Shown here one piece after another: positions 9,049 through 19,552 of a DNA stretch of 64,000 bases (positions within the stretch are counted from its first letter, which is position 1; the number at the start of each line of letters is the position of its first letter). This DNA comes from Fibrobacterota bacterium. Its GTDB lineage: Bacteria > Fibrobacterota > Fibrobacteria > UBA11236. The notes under the pieces were generated by a model. It was given only the letters and a program-made list of their open reading frames with translations. It did no database searches and was not told where the DNA came from. The stretch spans positions 32,001-96,000 of the forward strand of contig JAYUVP010000098.1 in the NCBI GenBank assembly GCA_043753995.1, written 5' to 3'. A program made the position numbers and the translations under genes.

Positions 9049-9587
9049 GGGGAATGGAAGGAGTAAACTTCGCCCCACACCGGCCTCACCGGGACATGCC
9101 CCACATAACCGCGGCGGATCAAGCGCTGTTGGAGGTATTGCATGAGGAAGCCATGGGTCACGAGAAGGATGTTTTGCGAAGTATGCATTTCCTCTAATTC
9201 GTCCAGCAAGGCGTCAAGGCGCTGAAAAGTCTGCTCACGATTTTCGGTTTGTGAAGGGTGGGGAAGACGCCAACCGAGGCGACTCAAGGCTTGCCAAGCC
9301 AATAGAGGCAAGGGTATTTCGGTTTTGAAAAGGGGTGCAAAAGGCACTTCGCGCAAGGACTCGTGGACCGCGATGTCGCCGTGGAACAATGCCTGGGCCG
9401 TCTTGTGCGCCCGCGGCAAATCACTGCTATAACAGATGTCCCAGCCTTTGAGCGGTTTTAAAACCAAGGGTATTGCGACATCAAAGCGATCATACCATTG
9501 CGACCAATCGACAAAGCCCCGGCTATTCATCCATTGGTATTGGGGGTGCGGTATGCGGAAATGGCGCATCAAGCCTAGGGTATTCAT
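9045..9587 (-). CDS. Histidine phosphatase family protein
   Basis: Motifs LMRH(F), YSSDLPRAHKTA, LREVPF and LLVTHG. Start taken at ATG 9587. Confidence 0.82.
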   Translation of the reverse strand: MNTLGLMRHFRIPHPQYQWMNSRGFVDWSQWYDRFDVAIPLVLKPLKGWDICYSSDLPRAHKTAQALFHGDIAVHESLREVPFAPLFKTEIPLPLLAWQALSRLGWRLPHPSQTENREQTFQRLDALLDELEEMHTSQNILLVTHGFLMQYLQQRLIRRGYVGHVPVRPVWGEVYSFHSP

Positions 9588-9662
9588 AAGATTCGGAATA
9601 TAGGACGCATCCAAGTCGGTAGGTGTTCCCAAACCCTCCACACCTTATCGGTGGCGATCGAA

Positions 9663-9979
9663 TTACTTCATTTCTCGAAGAAATTTGAGCGCTGCCCCAT
9701 GTTGGCTTAGAATATCCCCGCTGATATAAACCGAAATGGCCGCCTTGCGCGGAGGGAAACCAATCCGAAGCCAGTCCACGTCCCTCCCCGAAGTCGGGCT
9801 CTTAAGTTTGACTAGGCCAAAACCAATGAGGGAGGTACCCCACATTCTCGGTTCTTCCATGCTGGCCTTCTTCATCATTTCTAAAAGCGCAAAACTATCC
9901 TAGCGCTGTTGCACGCCTTTTACGCAATGAGAAATTTCTCAACGCTGGCGCCATTCGGCTTGGTTTTGTTTTCGGCCAT
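9663..9979 (-). pseudogene. DUF1801/YdhG-like gene, degraded
   Basis: AGGAG then ATG 9979 gives MAENKTKPNGASVEKFLIA*. A frameshifted continuation reads VKGVQQR*DSFALLEMMKKASMEEPRMWGTSLIGFG...IGFPPRKAAISVY; the 3' end is truncated. Confidence 0.75.
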
Positions 9980-10150
9980 CGAATTCTCCTAAACGATCCA
10001 TTTGACCAAGGTAAAAAATCATGGTGGCAGCCTTAGGGTAATACCCCATTTCAGCGGCCCCGAAGTGAAGCGACCTTAGTTTCCGTATTCGCCCTTGTTT
10101 CGGAACCTGAATTCGCAGGTGCAATCCAGGAAGGGAAATAGGTTCCAATT

Positions 10151-12313
10151 ATGCAAACCGAAACCTTGATCGCATCCGTAGAGACAGTCAACTCCAAAAA
10201 AATTTCCGTCGGCAATCCGGATATTCTCGGTGCTCGGATTACGGAAACAGGCGTCAATTTCGCGATTGCCTCCCGCAATGCCACCGAAGTTTTTCTTGTC
10301 TTATTCGATGAAGCCGGAGGATCCCCCACCGATACTATCCCCATGCAGGGAAGGACGAACGATGTTTGGCATATGCATATCGAAGGCCTAGTGCAGGGGC
10401 AAATGTATGCCTATCGCGTCAATGGTCCCTATGATCCAGACAATGGTTTTCGCTTCAATCCTTACAAATTGCTGATCGATCCTTATGCCAAAGCCTTTAC
10501 AGGGAAATTCAACAATCCGGACAACCTTCTGCTCGCCTATGACAGCAATTCGGAGCAGAAGGATTTGGTGATGGATACGCGCGATAATGCTGCCGTGGTT
10601 CCGGAATGCATTGTCTGGGACGATGCCTTCGACTGGGAAGGCGTCGAAAAGCCCGGCATCCCTCAAGAGAAGCTGGTGATCTATGAAGTGCATGTCAAGG
10701 GTTTCACGGCCCACCCCTCTTCCAAGGTGAAGCACCCCGGAACTTATTTGGGATTCATCGAAAAAATCCCTTACTTGAAAGAGCTCGGCATTAACGCGGT
10801 AGAACTGCTCCCCATCCATGAATTCGTATGCGAGGATTTTCTCAAGGAAAAAGGGCTTTCGAACTATTGGGGGTATAACACTATCGGATTTTTTGCGCCT
10901 GAATCCTCCTATTCCACCCAGAAAACTTCAGGCTGTGCCATCAATGAATTCAAGACCTTGGTCAAGGAACTGCATAAAGCGGGAATCGAAGTCATTCTCG
11001 ATGTCGTCTACAATCATAGTGCCGAAGGCAATGAATGCGGACCGACGCTCTCCTTCAAGGGGATAGACAATACGGAATATTACTCGCTATGCGGTGACGA
11101 GAACGCTCCCAAGCGCTATTACAGAAATTTTTCGGGTACCGGAAATACATTGAATGCTAGCAGTCCGATCTTTAGTCGCTTAACCTTGGATTCACTTCAT
11201 TACTGGGCTGAGGTCATGCAAGTGGATGGCTTTCGCTTTGATTTAGCGGCCTCCCTGGGGCGCGACCACAACGGTACTTTTTTGGCTGATGGGCATTTGC
11301 TTGGGCAGATTACCAATGACCCGGTGCTTAATAAACTGAAACTAATTGCTGAGCCTTGGGACATGGAAGCCTATGAAGTCGGTAGCTTGCCTTTGGGCTG
11401 GTCGGAATGGAATGGGAAATTCCGTGACAATTTCCGCAAATTCGCCAAAGGGGATGCTGGACAAGTGCAAAAAATCAGCACCCACATCGCCGGATCCCCG
11501 GATCTGTTCGCGCACAATGGCCGTAGTGCCAGCGACAGCATCAACTTTCTCACCTGCCATGACGGTTTCACCTTGTACGATCTGGTTTCATTCAATGAAA
11601 AGCATAATGAGGCGAATCTCGAAAACAACAAAGATGGCGCAAATGACAATCACTCTTGGAATCATGGCGCGGAAGGAGAGACGGAGGACCAGGAGATCAT
11701 GGATCTTCGCAAGCGGCAGGTGAAAAATCTTTTTTGCTACCAGATGTTCTCAATCGGAACACCCATGATTTCCGCTGGGGACGAATTCATGCGCACACAA
11801 AACGGCAACAATAATGTTTATACACAGGACAATGCGCTTTCCTGGTTGGATTGGGATCGACGAGCCGAGAATGAAGATATGGTCTCCTTCGTGCGGAACT
11901 TGCTCGGGTTCCGGAATCGGCATGCGATACTGCAAAGGCCCCGCTTCTTTCTGGGGAATGACAAGTCAGGCGATGGCATTCCCGACATTCATTGGATAGG
12001 CCCGGACAGCGACGCTGTCGATTGGGAGAATGGGGAATTGCGATGCCTGGGATTCCAAGTGGACGGCAGAGAATCCGAAAATGTCGGCGCTGCGGAATGG
12101 GATTACCGCCTATTCATCGTATTCAATGCGGAGACAGACTCGCGCATCTTCCTGCTGCCCCCATTGGAAAACGAAAAGACCTGGCATAGGGTCATCGACA
12201 CCGTCCTTGCCCCGGGCGAAGACTTCATGGAGCAAGGTCAGGAAGTCCCCATCAAGGATTCATGCTACCAGGTAAGCGGGAGAAGCTGTGTCGTTTTGAA
12301 ATCTATTTCTTGA
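10151..12313 (+). CDS. glgX: Glycogen debranching enzyme (isoamylase, GH13 with CBM48)
   Basis: Motifs LLIDPYAK, YEVHVKGFT, NYWGYNT, DVVYNH, DGFRFDLA, IAEPWD and NFLTCHDGFTLYDLVS. Confidence 0.96.
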   Translation: MQTETLIASVETVNSKKISVGNPDILGARITETGVNFAIASRNATEVFLVLFDEAGGSPTDTIPMQGRTNDVWHMHIEGLVQGQMYAYRVNGPYDPDNGFRFNPYKLLIDPYAKAFTGKFNNPDNLLLAYDSNSEQKDLVMDTRDNAAVVPECIVWDDAFDWEGVEKPGIPQEKLVIYEVHVKGFTAHPSSKVKHPGTYLGFIEKIPYLKELGINAVELLPIHEFVCEDFLKEKGLSNYWGYNTIGFFAPESSYSTQKTSGCAINEFKTLVKELHKAGIEVILDVVYNHSAEGNECGPTLSFKGIDNTEYYSLCGDENAPKRYYRNFSGTGNTLNASSPIFSRLTLDSLHYWAEVMQVDGFRFDLAASLGRDHNGTFLADGHLLGQITNDPVLNKLKLIAEPWDMEAYEVGSLPLGWSEWNGKFRDNFRKFAKGDAGQVQKISTHIAGSPDLFAHNGRSASDSINFLTCHDGFTLYDLVSFNEKHNEANLENNKDGANDNHSWNHGAEGETEDQEIMDLRKRQVKNLFCYQMFSIGTPMISAGDEFMRTQNGNNNVYTQDNALSWLDWDRRAENEDMVSFVRNLLGFRNRHAILQRPRFFLGNDKSGDGIPDIHWIGPDSDAVDWENGELRCLGFQVDGRESENVGAAEWDYRLFIVFNAETDSRIFLLPPLENEKTWHRVIDTVLAPGEDFMEQGQEVPIKDSCYQVSGRSCVVLKSIS

Positions 12314-12548
12314 AAATCTCGATCCAAATCGATCCGGGCTCTTCGTCATCGATTTTCCCGTTGATCTGCCAATAGGCATTATCAAAAATCCGATACTCCT
12401 GGCCATCGGCAATATTCCGAAACGAATCGTTTTTAATGCGATGGATAACATTCGGATCTGCGACAATCTGATAACTTCTCTTGATTTCGACTAACAAGTT
12501 ATCCAATCCCGGGTCGACAGGGATCAATTCAAGCATGATGGATTTCAT
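12303..12548 (-). CDS. Small hypothetical protein
   Basis: 81-aa ORF convergent with and overlapping the glgX stop; no family recognised. Confidence 0.35.
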   Translation of the reverse strand: MKSIMLELIPVDPGLDNLLVEIKRSYQIVADPNVIHRIKNDSFRNIADGQEYRIFDNAYWQINGKIDDEEPGSIWIEIFKK

Positions 12549-12671
12549 ATCCGATCAAGGTAAAAATCGTAGCGGTATCCATAGGGTAAGACCCCATTCC
12601 AGCAATCACGACATGAAGCGAACTTACTTGCCATGTTTGCCAATTCGCAAAAGGCATAAAAGATTCACGGG

Positions 12672-12962
12672 CTGGCCTGGGAGGGACATAAAGTGATGAA
12701 GCATTTACTGATAGAGCTGGAAGCCAACGGGAAGAGCAAAAAACAGTGGGGGGCGAAATTGTATGTCAAAACGGAAACCACCTGGCATCACGTCCAAGAG
12801 GAAGAGGAAATCCTTTTCAAGAAATGCATGAATGTGTTTTCCAAAGCGGAAGCGGAGGAAATCGGCAGGGAAATCCAGGCCTTCAAAAACGGCAAATCCC
12901 AAGTACCCGCTTCGATACCTGAAATAAAACCATTGGAAAGCCAAGATGAAAAAAAACCATAA
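12672..12962 (+). pseudogene. C-terminal remnant of a hemerythrin (HHE) domain protein
   Basis: LAWEGHKVMKHLLIELE...WGAKL...HHVQEEEEILFKK...EAEEIG matches the second half of HHE proteins; the N-terminal half is absent. Confidence 0.6.
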
Positions 12963-15156
12963 AACCACAACGACGCCTCCAGTGGAGCAGCCGGATCTCA
13001 AGTCACAGGATCTCCAACCCTATTGCGAAGATGGGACCGATACCTTGCTGACCACCAATCAAGGCCTCAAGATCAATGACAATCAGAATTCCCTGAAGGC
13101 CGGGGAGCGTGGCCCCACCTTGCTCGAAGATTTCATCCTGCGGGAAAAGATCACCCATTTCGATCATGAGCGCATCCCCGAGCGCATTGTGCATGCGCGC
13201 GGGGCCGCGGCCCATGGCTTTTTTCAGGTTTACGAATCAATGCGAAAGTACACCAAGGCGGGTTTCCTCGCGGATCCTTCGATCAAGACTCCGGTTTTCG
13301 CGCGCTTTTCCACGGTGGCTGGTTCTCGCGGTTCTGCCGATTTGGCCCGTGATGTACGCGGGTTTGCCGTCAAGTTCTATACCCAAGAAGGCAATTATGA
13401 TCTGGTCGGTAATAATATGCCCGTCTTCTTTATCCAGGACGCCATCAAATTCCCGGATCTCGTCCATGCTGTGAAACCGGAGCCGCATCGCGAGATTCCG
13501 CAAGCCTCTTCGGCCCACGATACCTTTTGGGATTTCATTTCCCTCATGCCGGAATCGACCCACATGATTATGTGGTTGATGTCGGACCGTGCCATCCCCC
13601 GCAGCTACCGCATGATGGAGGGGTTCGGCGTGCATACCTTCCGTTTCGTGAATGAGGCCGGCGAAGCTCATTTCGTCAAGTTCCATTGGAAGCCTTTATT
13701 GGGCGTGCATTCCGTGGTTTGGGACGAGGCCCAGAAAATTTCCGGAAAGGATCCGGATTTTCACCGGCGCGATCTCTGGGATGCCATTGAGAACGGGGAT
13801 TTCCCGGAATGGGAACTCGGCGTGCAAATCGTCGAGGAGAAGGATGAATTCAAATTCGCCTTCGACTTGCTTGATCCGACCAAGCTGATTCCGGAAGAAG
13901 AAGTCCCTGTGATGCGCATCGGCAAGATGACCTTAAACCGTAATCCCGATAACTTTTTCGCGGAAACGGAGCAGGTTGCCTTCCATCCCGGCCATATTGT
14001 TCCTGGCATCGACTTTTCCAACGATCCCTTATTGCAAGGGCGACTCTTTTCCTATACCGATACCCAACTCAAGCGACTCGGCAGCCCCAATTTCCATGAG
14101 ATACCCATTAACCGCCCGGTTACCCCCGTGCATAATAATCAGCGCGACGGCATGATGCGCCAGGCTATTAATACGGGCAAGGTCAGCTATGAACCGAACA
14201 CCCTGGGTGGAGGATGCCCCATGCAGGCCAAGGCCGGCATGGGTGGATTCGTCAGCCATGTCGAAAAAGTGGACGGCAATAAAATTCGTGCCCGTAGCGA
14301 AAGCTTTTTCGATCATTTCAGCCAGGCGACCTTGTTTTATCATAGCCAGTCGCAACCGGAGAAAGATCATATTGTCCGAGCCTTCTGTTTCGAGTTGGGC
14401 AAGGTGGAAGTTTTGGCCATCCGCGAGCGCATGGTGCACATTCTTGGCTTGGTCGATAAAGGCTTGGCCACCAAGGTGGCTTCGGGGCTGGGAATCCAAT
14501 TGCCAGTTAAGATAGACCCGCCCTTGAATCGCAGCATTCCGGCCGATGGCGATCCCAAGGATTTCCAACCGATGTCGGGAAAGTATTTGCCAAAGAGCGA
14601 GGAGACGTTTTCTTCCGCACTTAGCATGGAGCATACCGTCAAGGGGATCAAAACCCGGAAGGTAGCGCTATTGATGGTCGACGGATTCGATGATGAGGAA
14701 GTAGCGCTGGTAGAAAAAATGTTGATGGAGGCCGGCGCCCAGACCATGATAGTGGCCCCTCACCTGGGGACCCTGAAAAGCGCTAAGGGCGTTGAACTCA
14801 CTATTGATTTCAGCTTGCTGACAGCGGCTTCCGTTCTCTTCGACGCCCTTTATATTCCCGGCTCGACTAATCCCGTGGCGCTCATGGGTGAGCCCGATGC
14901 GCTCGAATTCATCCGTGATGCCTTCAAGCATTGCAAGACCATCGGAGCCAATGTAGCGAGCGAAGGGGTGCTGCGCGCTGCGGACAAGGCTTTGGATAGG
15001 CTGGTGGGAGTCGAGTCCAAAACCCCGGAAAAAATCTTTTCCCAGAAGGGTGTCGTGGTGGGGACTACGAAGGAACTCAAGGTATTTGTTCCGGAATTCA
15101 TTAAGGAGATGGGGGAGGGTCGGCATTGGATTCGGGAGGCGGACAAGCCGCTTTGA
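12946..15156 (+). CDS. katE: Catalase HPII (large subunit, clade 2) with C-terminal DJ-1/GATase-like domain
   Basis: Motifs FDHERIPERIVHARG, RFSTVAGSRGS and RLFSYTDTQ; 736 aa. Confidence 0.97.
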   Translation: MKKNHKTTTTPPVEQPDLKSQDLQPYCEDGTDTLLTTNQGLKINDNQNSLKAGERGPTLLEDFILREKITHFDHERIPERIVHARGAAAHGFFQVYESMRKYTKAGFLADPSIKTPVFARFSTVAGSRGSADLARDVRGFAVKFYTQEGNYDLVGNNMPVFFIQDAIKFPDLVHAVKPEPHREIPQASSAHDTFWDFISLMPESTHMIMWLMSDRAIPRSYRMMEGFGVHTFRFVNEAGEAHFVKFHWKPLLGVHSVVWDEAQKISGKDPDFHRRDLWDAIENGDFPEWELGVQIVEEKDEFKFAFDLLDPTKLIPEEEVPVMRIGKMTLNRNPDNFFAETEQVAFHPGHIVPGIDFSNDPLLQGRLFSYTDTQLKRLGSPNFHEIPINRPVTPVHNNQRDGMMRQAINTGKVSYEPNTLGGGCPMQAKAGMGGFVSHVEKVDGNKIRARSESFFDHFSQATLFYHSQSQPEKDHIVRAFCFELGKVEVLAIRERMVHILGLVDKGLATKVASGLGIQLPVKIDPPLNRSIPADGDPKDFQPMSGKYLPKSEETFSSALSMEHTVKGIKTRKVALLMVDGFDDEEVALVEKMLMEAGAQTMIVAPHLGTLKSAKGVELTIDFSLLTAASVLFDALYIPGSTNPVALMGEPDALEFIRDAFKHCKTIGANVASEGVLRAADKALDRLVGVESKTPEKIFSQKGVVVGTTKELKVFVPEFIKEMGEGRHWIREADKPL

Positions 15157-15285
15157 GCGATTCGGGCTGAGACCTATCTTATTTCATCCATTTGCCCCTT
15201 TCCATGCTGCGGGAGTTTCATCCTTATGCTTAAATAGGGAGACCGAGCTTCACTGACCCGGTAAGGCAAATGGGGTGAGGTTCCC

Positions 15286-17622
15286 ATGAATTTGAATCCA
15301 AGGGGAGCGCGTTTCGCTCCCTTTATGTTAGTCACGCTTTTGCCGGCCCTTTACGCCTTCGGTGAAACTGGCAATAGTCTTTGGCTAAGATATGTCCCCC
15401 TATCGGATACGGCTTTGCGTAACGAGGCGCGGACCAAAATAACGCAAATCGTGGTGCAAGGTAATTCTGAAACGATCACCACCCTGCGCGGCGAATTGCA
15501 ACGTGGTTGCGATAGCCTCCTCGCCCAAAATACGCCGGCTGCGTCCTCCGTCACCTTGGACGGCGCGGTTATCGCCGGAACGCCTTCCTCATCCAGCCTC
15601 ATCAGTGGGCTAGGTCTCACCCTCGATGCCCATCCCGAGGCTTATCGTATTCGGACAACCACGGTGAGCGGCAAAAGCGCCATCGTCATCGCCTCGCAAG
15701 GCGAAATCGGAACGCTATACGGAGCCTTCCACCTTTTGCGATTGCTGCAAACCCACAAGTCCCTAGCCAATTTGGATATCTCAGAGAAACCAAAGATCCG
15801 CCGAAGGCTTCTGAATCATTGGGATAATTTGGATGGATCGATAGAGCGCGGATATGCGGGGAGCTCCTTGTGGAAATGGAGCCAACTTCCGGGGACCCTC
15901 GATCCACGCTATACCGCCTATGCACGCGCCTGCGCGTCGGTGGGCATTAACGGCACGGTATTGAACAATGTCAATAATAGCGGCAATAAAGACATTCTTT
16001 CCACCGCCTATATCGGCAAGGTTGCGGCCTTGGCGAATGTCTTTCGCCCCTATGGAATCCGCGTCTATCTTAGCGCTTACTTCAATGCGCCTCAGCAGGT
16101 GGGGGGCTTGGCTACTTCGGATCCGCTGAACGCCTCGGTCATTTCTTGGTGGGCGACCAAGGCGAATGAAATCTATGCCGCTATTCCCGATTTCGGCGGC
16201 TTTCTGGTCAAGGCCAATTCGGAAGGCCAACCTGGACCGAAAACCTATGGGCGCACCCATGCTGAGGGCGCGAATTGCCTCGCCGACGCCTTAGCGCCGC
16301 ATGGAGGCGTGGTGTTCTGGCGCGCCTTTGTGTATGACGATCATATTGACACCGATCGCATGAAACGAGCTTATCTCGAATTCAAACCACTCGACGGCAA
16401 GTTCCGCAAAAACGTGATTGTCCAAACCAAGAATGGCCCCTTCGATTTCCAGCCCCGCGAGCCCGTTCATCCCTTATTTGGCGGCCTGTCCAGTACTCAT
16501 GTCAGCATGGAGTTCCAGATCACATCGGAGTATCTAGGACAATCGACACACCTGGTATATTTGGCCCCGCTATGGAAAGAAGCCTTGGACTTCGATACCC
16601 ACCAGAATGGGCCGGGTTCGACGGTCGCCAAGGTGGTGGATGGTACGCGTGACGCGGATACTTTGACCGCCATTTCCGGAGTCGCCAATACCGGGGACGG
16701 GGTGAATTGGTGCGGGCACGATTTCTTGCAAGCGAACTGGTATTCCTTTGGCCGCCTTGCTTGGAACCATGAGCAGTCCTCGGATTCCATTGCCGAGGAT
16801 TGGACCCGCATGACTTGGGGAAATGCGTCGGAAATTGTCTCAACAATTACAACCATGATGGCGGGCTCGCGGGAAGCCATCGTCAATTATATGATGCCTC
16901 TGGGCCTGGTCGGCATTTTCGCGAATGGCCATCATTATGGTCCCGATCCCAGTTATAATGCTGACACGACCCATCTCGATTGGAATTCGGTTTATTGGCA
17001 TAAGGCCGATGCTATGGGTTTGGGTTATAACCGAACCGCGACAGGCAGCAATATGGTTGGCCAATATTTCCCAACGGTACGTGATCGCTTCAATAATATC
17101 GCCACCACGCCCCCGGAATACCTCGCCTTCTTCCATCACGTGAGGTGGGATTATGTGCTTCCCTCCACGGGAAAATCGTTCTGGAATGAGCTCAATCAAC
17201 GCTATTGCAGCGGCACCCAATACGTGACGGGGATGCGAACGCAATGGGCATCTCTGAATGGGCGGGTGGATGCGGCGCGCTACGCCGCGGTTTCAACCAA
17301 GCTTACCGCGCATGAAACCAATGCCAATACGTGGCGCACGACTTGCCTGAATTATTTTCGGACCTTCAGCAATTTGCCCATTTCCGGGTGCTCGCCGGTG
17401 GTGGCCCTCCAGGATGCGCGGATAGCGCCCATTTTAACGCCACAGTTACAGCCTATACATCTCTATCATACATCCGGACGCTTGGTACGAATTTTCCCAG
17501 GAGGCGAATTGGATTTCGGTTTGAAAGCCCTCCGTGCAGGGGGGAGCGATTTGCCCATAGGCATTTATTTCCTCCGGCAGGGGGACACCCGAAAGCGTAT
17601 CCTGGTGGAACTTTCGAAATAG
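15286..17622 (+). CDS. aguA: Secreted alpha-glucuronidase (GH67) with T9SS-like C-terminal domain
   Basis: Motifs LWLRY, NHWDNLDGSIERGYAG, GFLVKANSEGQPGP and KNGPFDFQPREP; signal peptide; tail LYHTSGRLV...GIYFL. Confidence 0.93.
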   Translation: MNLNPRGARFAPFMLVTLLPALYAFGETGNSLWLRYVPLSDTALRNEARTKITQIVVQGNSETITTLRGELQRGCDSLLAQNTPAASSVTLDGAVIAGTPSSSSLISGLGLTLDAHPEAYRIRTTTVSGKSAIVIASQGEIGTLYGAFHLLRLLQTHKSLANLDISEKPKIRRRLLNHWDNLDGSIERGYAGSSLWKWSQLPGTLDPRYTAYARACASVGINGTVLNNVNNSGNKDILSTAYIGKVAALANVFRPYGIRVYLSAYFNAPQQVGGLATSDPLNASVISWWATKANEIYAAIPDFGGFLVKANSEGQPGPKTYGRTHAEGANCLADALAPHGGVVFWRAFVYDDHIDTDRMKRAYLEFKPLDGKFRKNVIVQTKNGPFDFQPREPVHPLFGGLSSTHVSMEFQITSEYLGQSTHLVYLAPLWKEALDFDTHQNGPGSTVAKVVDGTRDADTLTAISGVANTGDGVNWCGHDFLQANWYSFGRLAWNHEQSSDSIAEDWTRMTWGNASEIVSTITTMMAGSREAIVNYMMPLGLVGIFANGHHYGPDPSYNADTTHLDWNSVYWHKADAMGLGYNRTATGSNMVGQYFPTVRDRFNNIATTPPEYLAFFHHVRWDYVLPSTGKSFWNELNQRYCSGTQYVTGMRTQWASLNGRVDAARYAAVSTKLTAHETNANTWRTTCLNYFRTFSNLPISGCSPVVALQDARIAPILTPQLQPIHLYHTSGRLVRIFPGGELDFGLKALRAGGSDLPIGIYFLRQGDTRKRILVELSK

Positions 17623-17636
17623 GGAGGAGGAAAAGC

Positions 17637-18143
17637 ATGGCAAGCGCATTCGCCGAGGAGTTCAAGCGGGAAATCACGGAACGCATGGGGGAAAGCCGCG
17701 TGCGCCTGGGCAAATGCCTGGACGAGCTGGCCGCGGAGGACCTGTGGCAGCGGCCCAATGGCTCATCCAATTCCGTCGGCAACCTTCTGCTGCACCTGAA
17801 TGGCAACCTTACTCAATGGGTGCTGGCTGGCTTCGGCGGGGCCGACGACCATCGCCGCCGCGACACCGAGTTCGCCGCCCGCGAGGGAAGCGGCAAGGAG
17901 GACCTCCTGTCGCACCTGGGTTCGACCCTCGATGCCGTGCTGGGGCTGCTCGCGGGCGCGGGGGATGCCGAGCTCCTGCGCGTGCGCCCGGTGCAATGCT
18001 ACCAGGCAAGCGGCATCTCCATCTTCGTGCATGTGACCGAGCATTTGTCCTACCATACGGGGCAGATTGCCTTCTGGACCAAGCAGCTCAAGGACAAGGA
18101 TCTGGGCTTCTACGCGGGAGTGGATCTGAACCGCAAGCCCTAG
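17637..18143 (+). CDS. DinB/DUF1572 family protein
   Basis: Motifs SNSVGNLLLHLNGNL, RRRDTEF and HLSYHTGQI. GGAGG RBS before ATG 17637. Confidence 0.85.
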   Translation: MASAFAEEFKREITERMGESRVRLGKCLDELAAEDLWQRPNGSSNSVGNLLLHLNGNLTQWVLAGFGGADDHRRRDTEFAAREGSGKEDLLSHLGSTLDAVLGLLAGAGDAELLRVRPVQCYQASGISIFVHVTEHLSYHTGQIAFWTKQLKDKDLGFYAGVDLNRKP

Positions 18144-18403
18144 GCGCCGGTATTTTTGTTCGTCTTCCTTTTTTTGGAAATGAAAAACAACCAGGCCGTC
18201 CAGGTTTAGGGCTCGTGCTATGCCTTCTGTTTACTGCTTTCACATCGCATCGGTTTTTGAGCCGGAATAGCCCATATCTCGCCTTTACCTCCCGATTCGG
18301 CAAAAAGGTTGGGCCGGGGTTGCCCGATAGCGTTAATTTGCGAAAACCATATGAGACGTCGCCTCCGAAGTCGGTGGTTAATAGGGCATTTGAAGGGGAA
18401 ACT

Positions 18404-19552
18404 ATGTCGGCCAAAGCCAAAATCTTGTTTAATACCGTTCTTGGGATCACCCTTTCCGTTGCCTTAGGTGGGGCTGCGAATAAGGCCTGGGCGGAAGACT
18501 CGACCTGGGTGCAATTGTTCAATGGCAAAGATCTCAGTGATTGGGACATCAAGTTTGCCGGCAAAGAATTGAATGTCAATTTCAACAATACCTTCAAGGT
18601 CGTGGACAGCGCCATCAGCGTAGACTACAGCGGCTGGACCCGGTTTAGCGATGAGTTCGGTCATGCAGCCAATAAGACCAAGGCTTATTCGCACTATTTA
18701 TTACGTGTCGAGTACCAAGTGGGTCCGACTCAGGTTACCGGCGGACCTGCCTGGGCCGTGCAAAACAATGGTCTGATGGTGCATTCGCAGTCGATGGCCT
18801 CCATGACCCTAAAGCAAGATTTTCCTATCAGCATGGAGACGCAGTTGCTGGGCGCAGGCAATACCGGATCCAATCCGAAGAACACCATGAATTTGTGCAC
18901 GCCAGGAACGGCCTTTTACAATAATCCCTCTGGTGGAAGCGTCAACATGGAACATTGCGTTCCCTCAACTGCCACTGCGCGACCCGCACCCGGAACTTGG
19001 GCATGGGTTTCGGTTTCGGTCATGGGTGATTCCATCATTCGACATTTCAATCAGAAAAGCCCCACAGGCACTCCCGTCTTCACCTATTACCGGCCCGTAT
19101 ATTGGACGGGAAATGTCGCCAACCCTCCCGCGAATACACCCGCCAATGGCACTCCTTTGAAAAGCGGATATATCGCCATTCAAGCCGAAACGCATCCCTA
19201 CAAATTCCGCAAGATGGAGCTACTCGACCTGGAAGGCTGCATGGACAAAGCCAGCCCTGCTTATCGCACCTATTTTGTGAAAAGCAATGCCGCCCTTTGC
19301 GCGGGGACCGCGGTGAATCCGCGCCGAACCTTGCCCCAGGGCACGACCCTGAAGCGGGAGGCCGGAGGCTTTTCCTTTTTGGCTTCCAACCTGGGTAACC
19401 TGGAAGTTACGGATGCCTCGGGCCGCCAAGTGCTTCATTCCCATTTGCAAGCGGGCCATTCTCAGCACGTGTCCTTGCCGCAACGGGGCTTATATGTCGT
19501 GACTTGGCGCCAAGGAGCCGAGATTACCCGTATGAATTGGGCGAATTTTTAA
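18404..19552 (+). CDS. Secreted DUF1080 (3-keto-glycoside hydratase/hydrolase-like) protein with T9SS-like tail
   Basis: Motifs WVQLFNGKDLSDW, NNGLM, FPISMETQLLG and GYIAIQAETHPYKFRK. Start reassigned to ATG 18404 (signal peptide follows). Confidence 0.87.
   Translation: MSAKAKILFNTVLGITLSVALGGAANKAWAEDSTWVQLFNGKDLSDWDIKFAGKELNVNFNNTFKVVDSAISVDYSGWTRFSDEFGHAANKTKAYSHYLLRVEYQVGPTQVTGGPAWAVQNNGLMVHSQSMASMTLKQDFPISMETQLLGAGNTGSNPKNTMNLCTPGTAFYNNPSGGSVNMEHCVPSTATARPAPGTWAWVSVSVMGDSIIRHFNQKSPTGTPVFTYYRPVYWTGNVANPPANTPANGTPLKSGYIAIQAETHPYKFRKMELLDLEGCMDKASPAYRTYFVKSNAALCAGTAVNPRRTLPQGTTLKREAGGFSFLASNLGNLEVTDASGRQVLHSHLQAGHSQHVSLPQRGLYVVTWRQGAEITRMNWANF

Noticed and set aside
17714..18403. N-terminal 230 aa of the 612-aa ORF, and the 17331 start of the DinB ORF
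   Set aside because: These extensions overlap real genes in other frames. RBS and signal peptide evidence support starts at 18404 and 17637.
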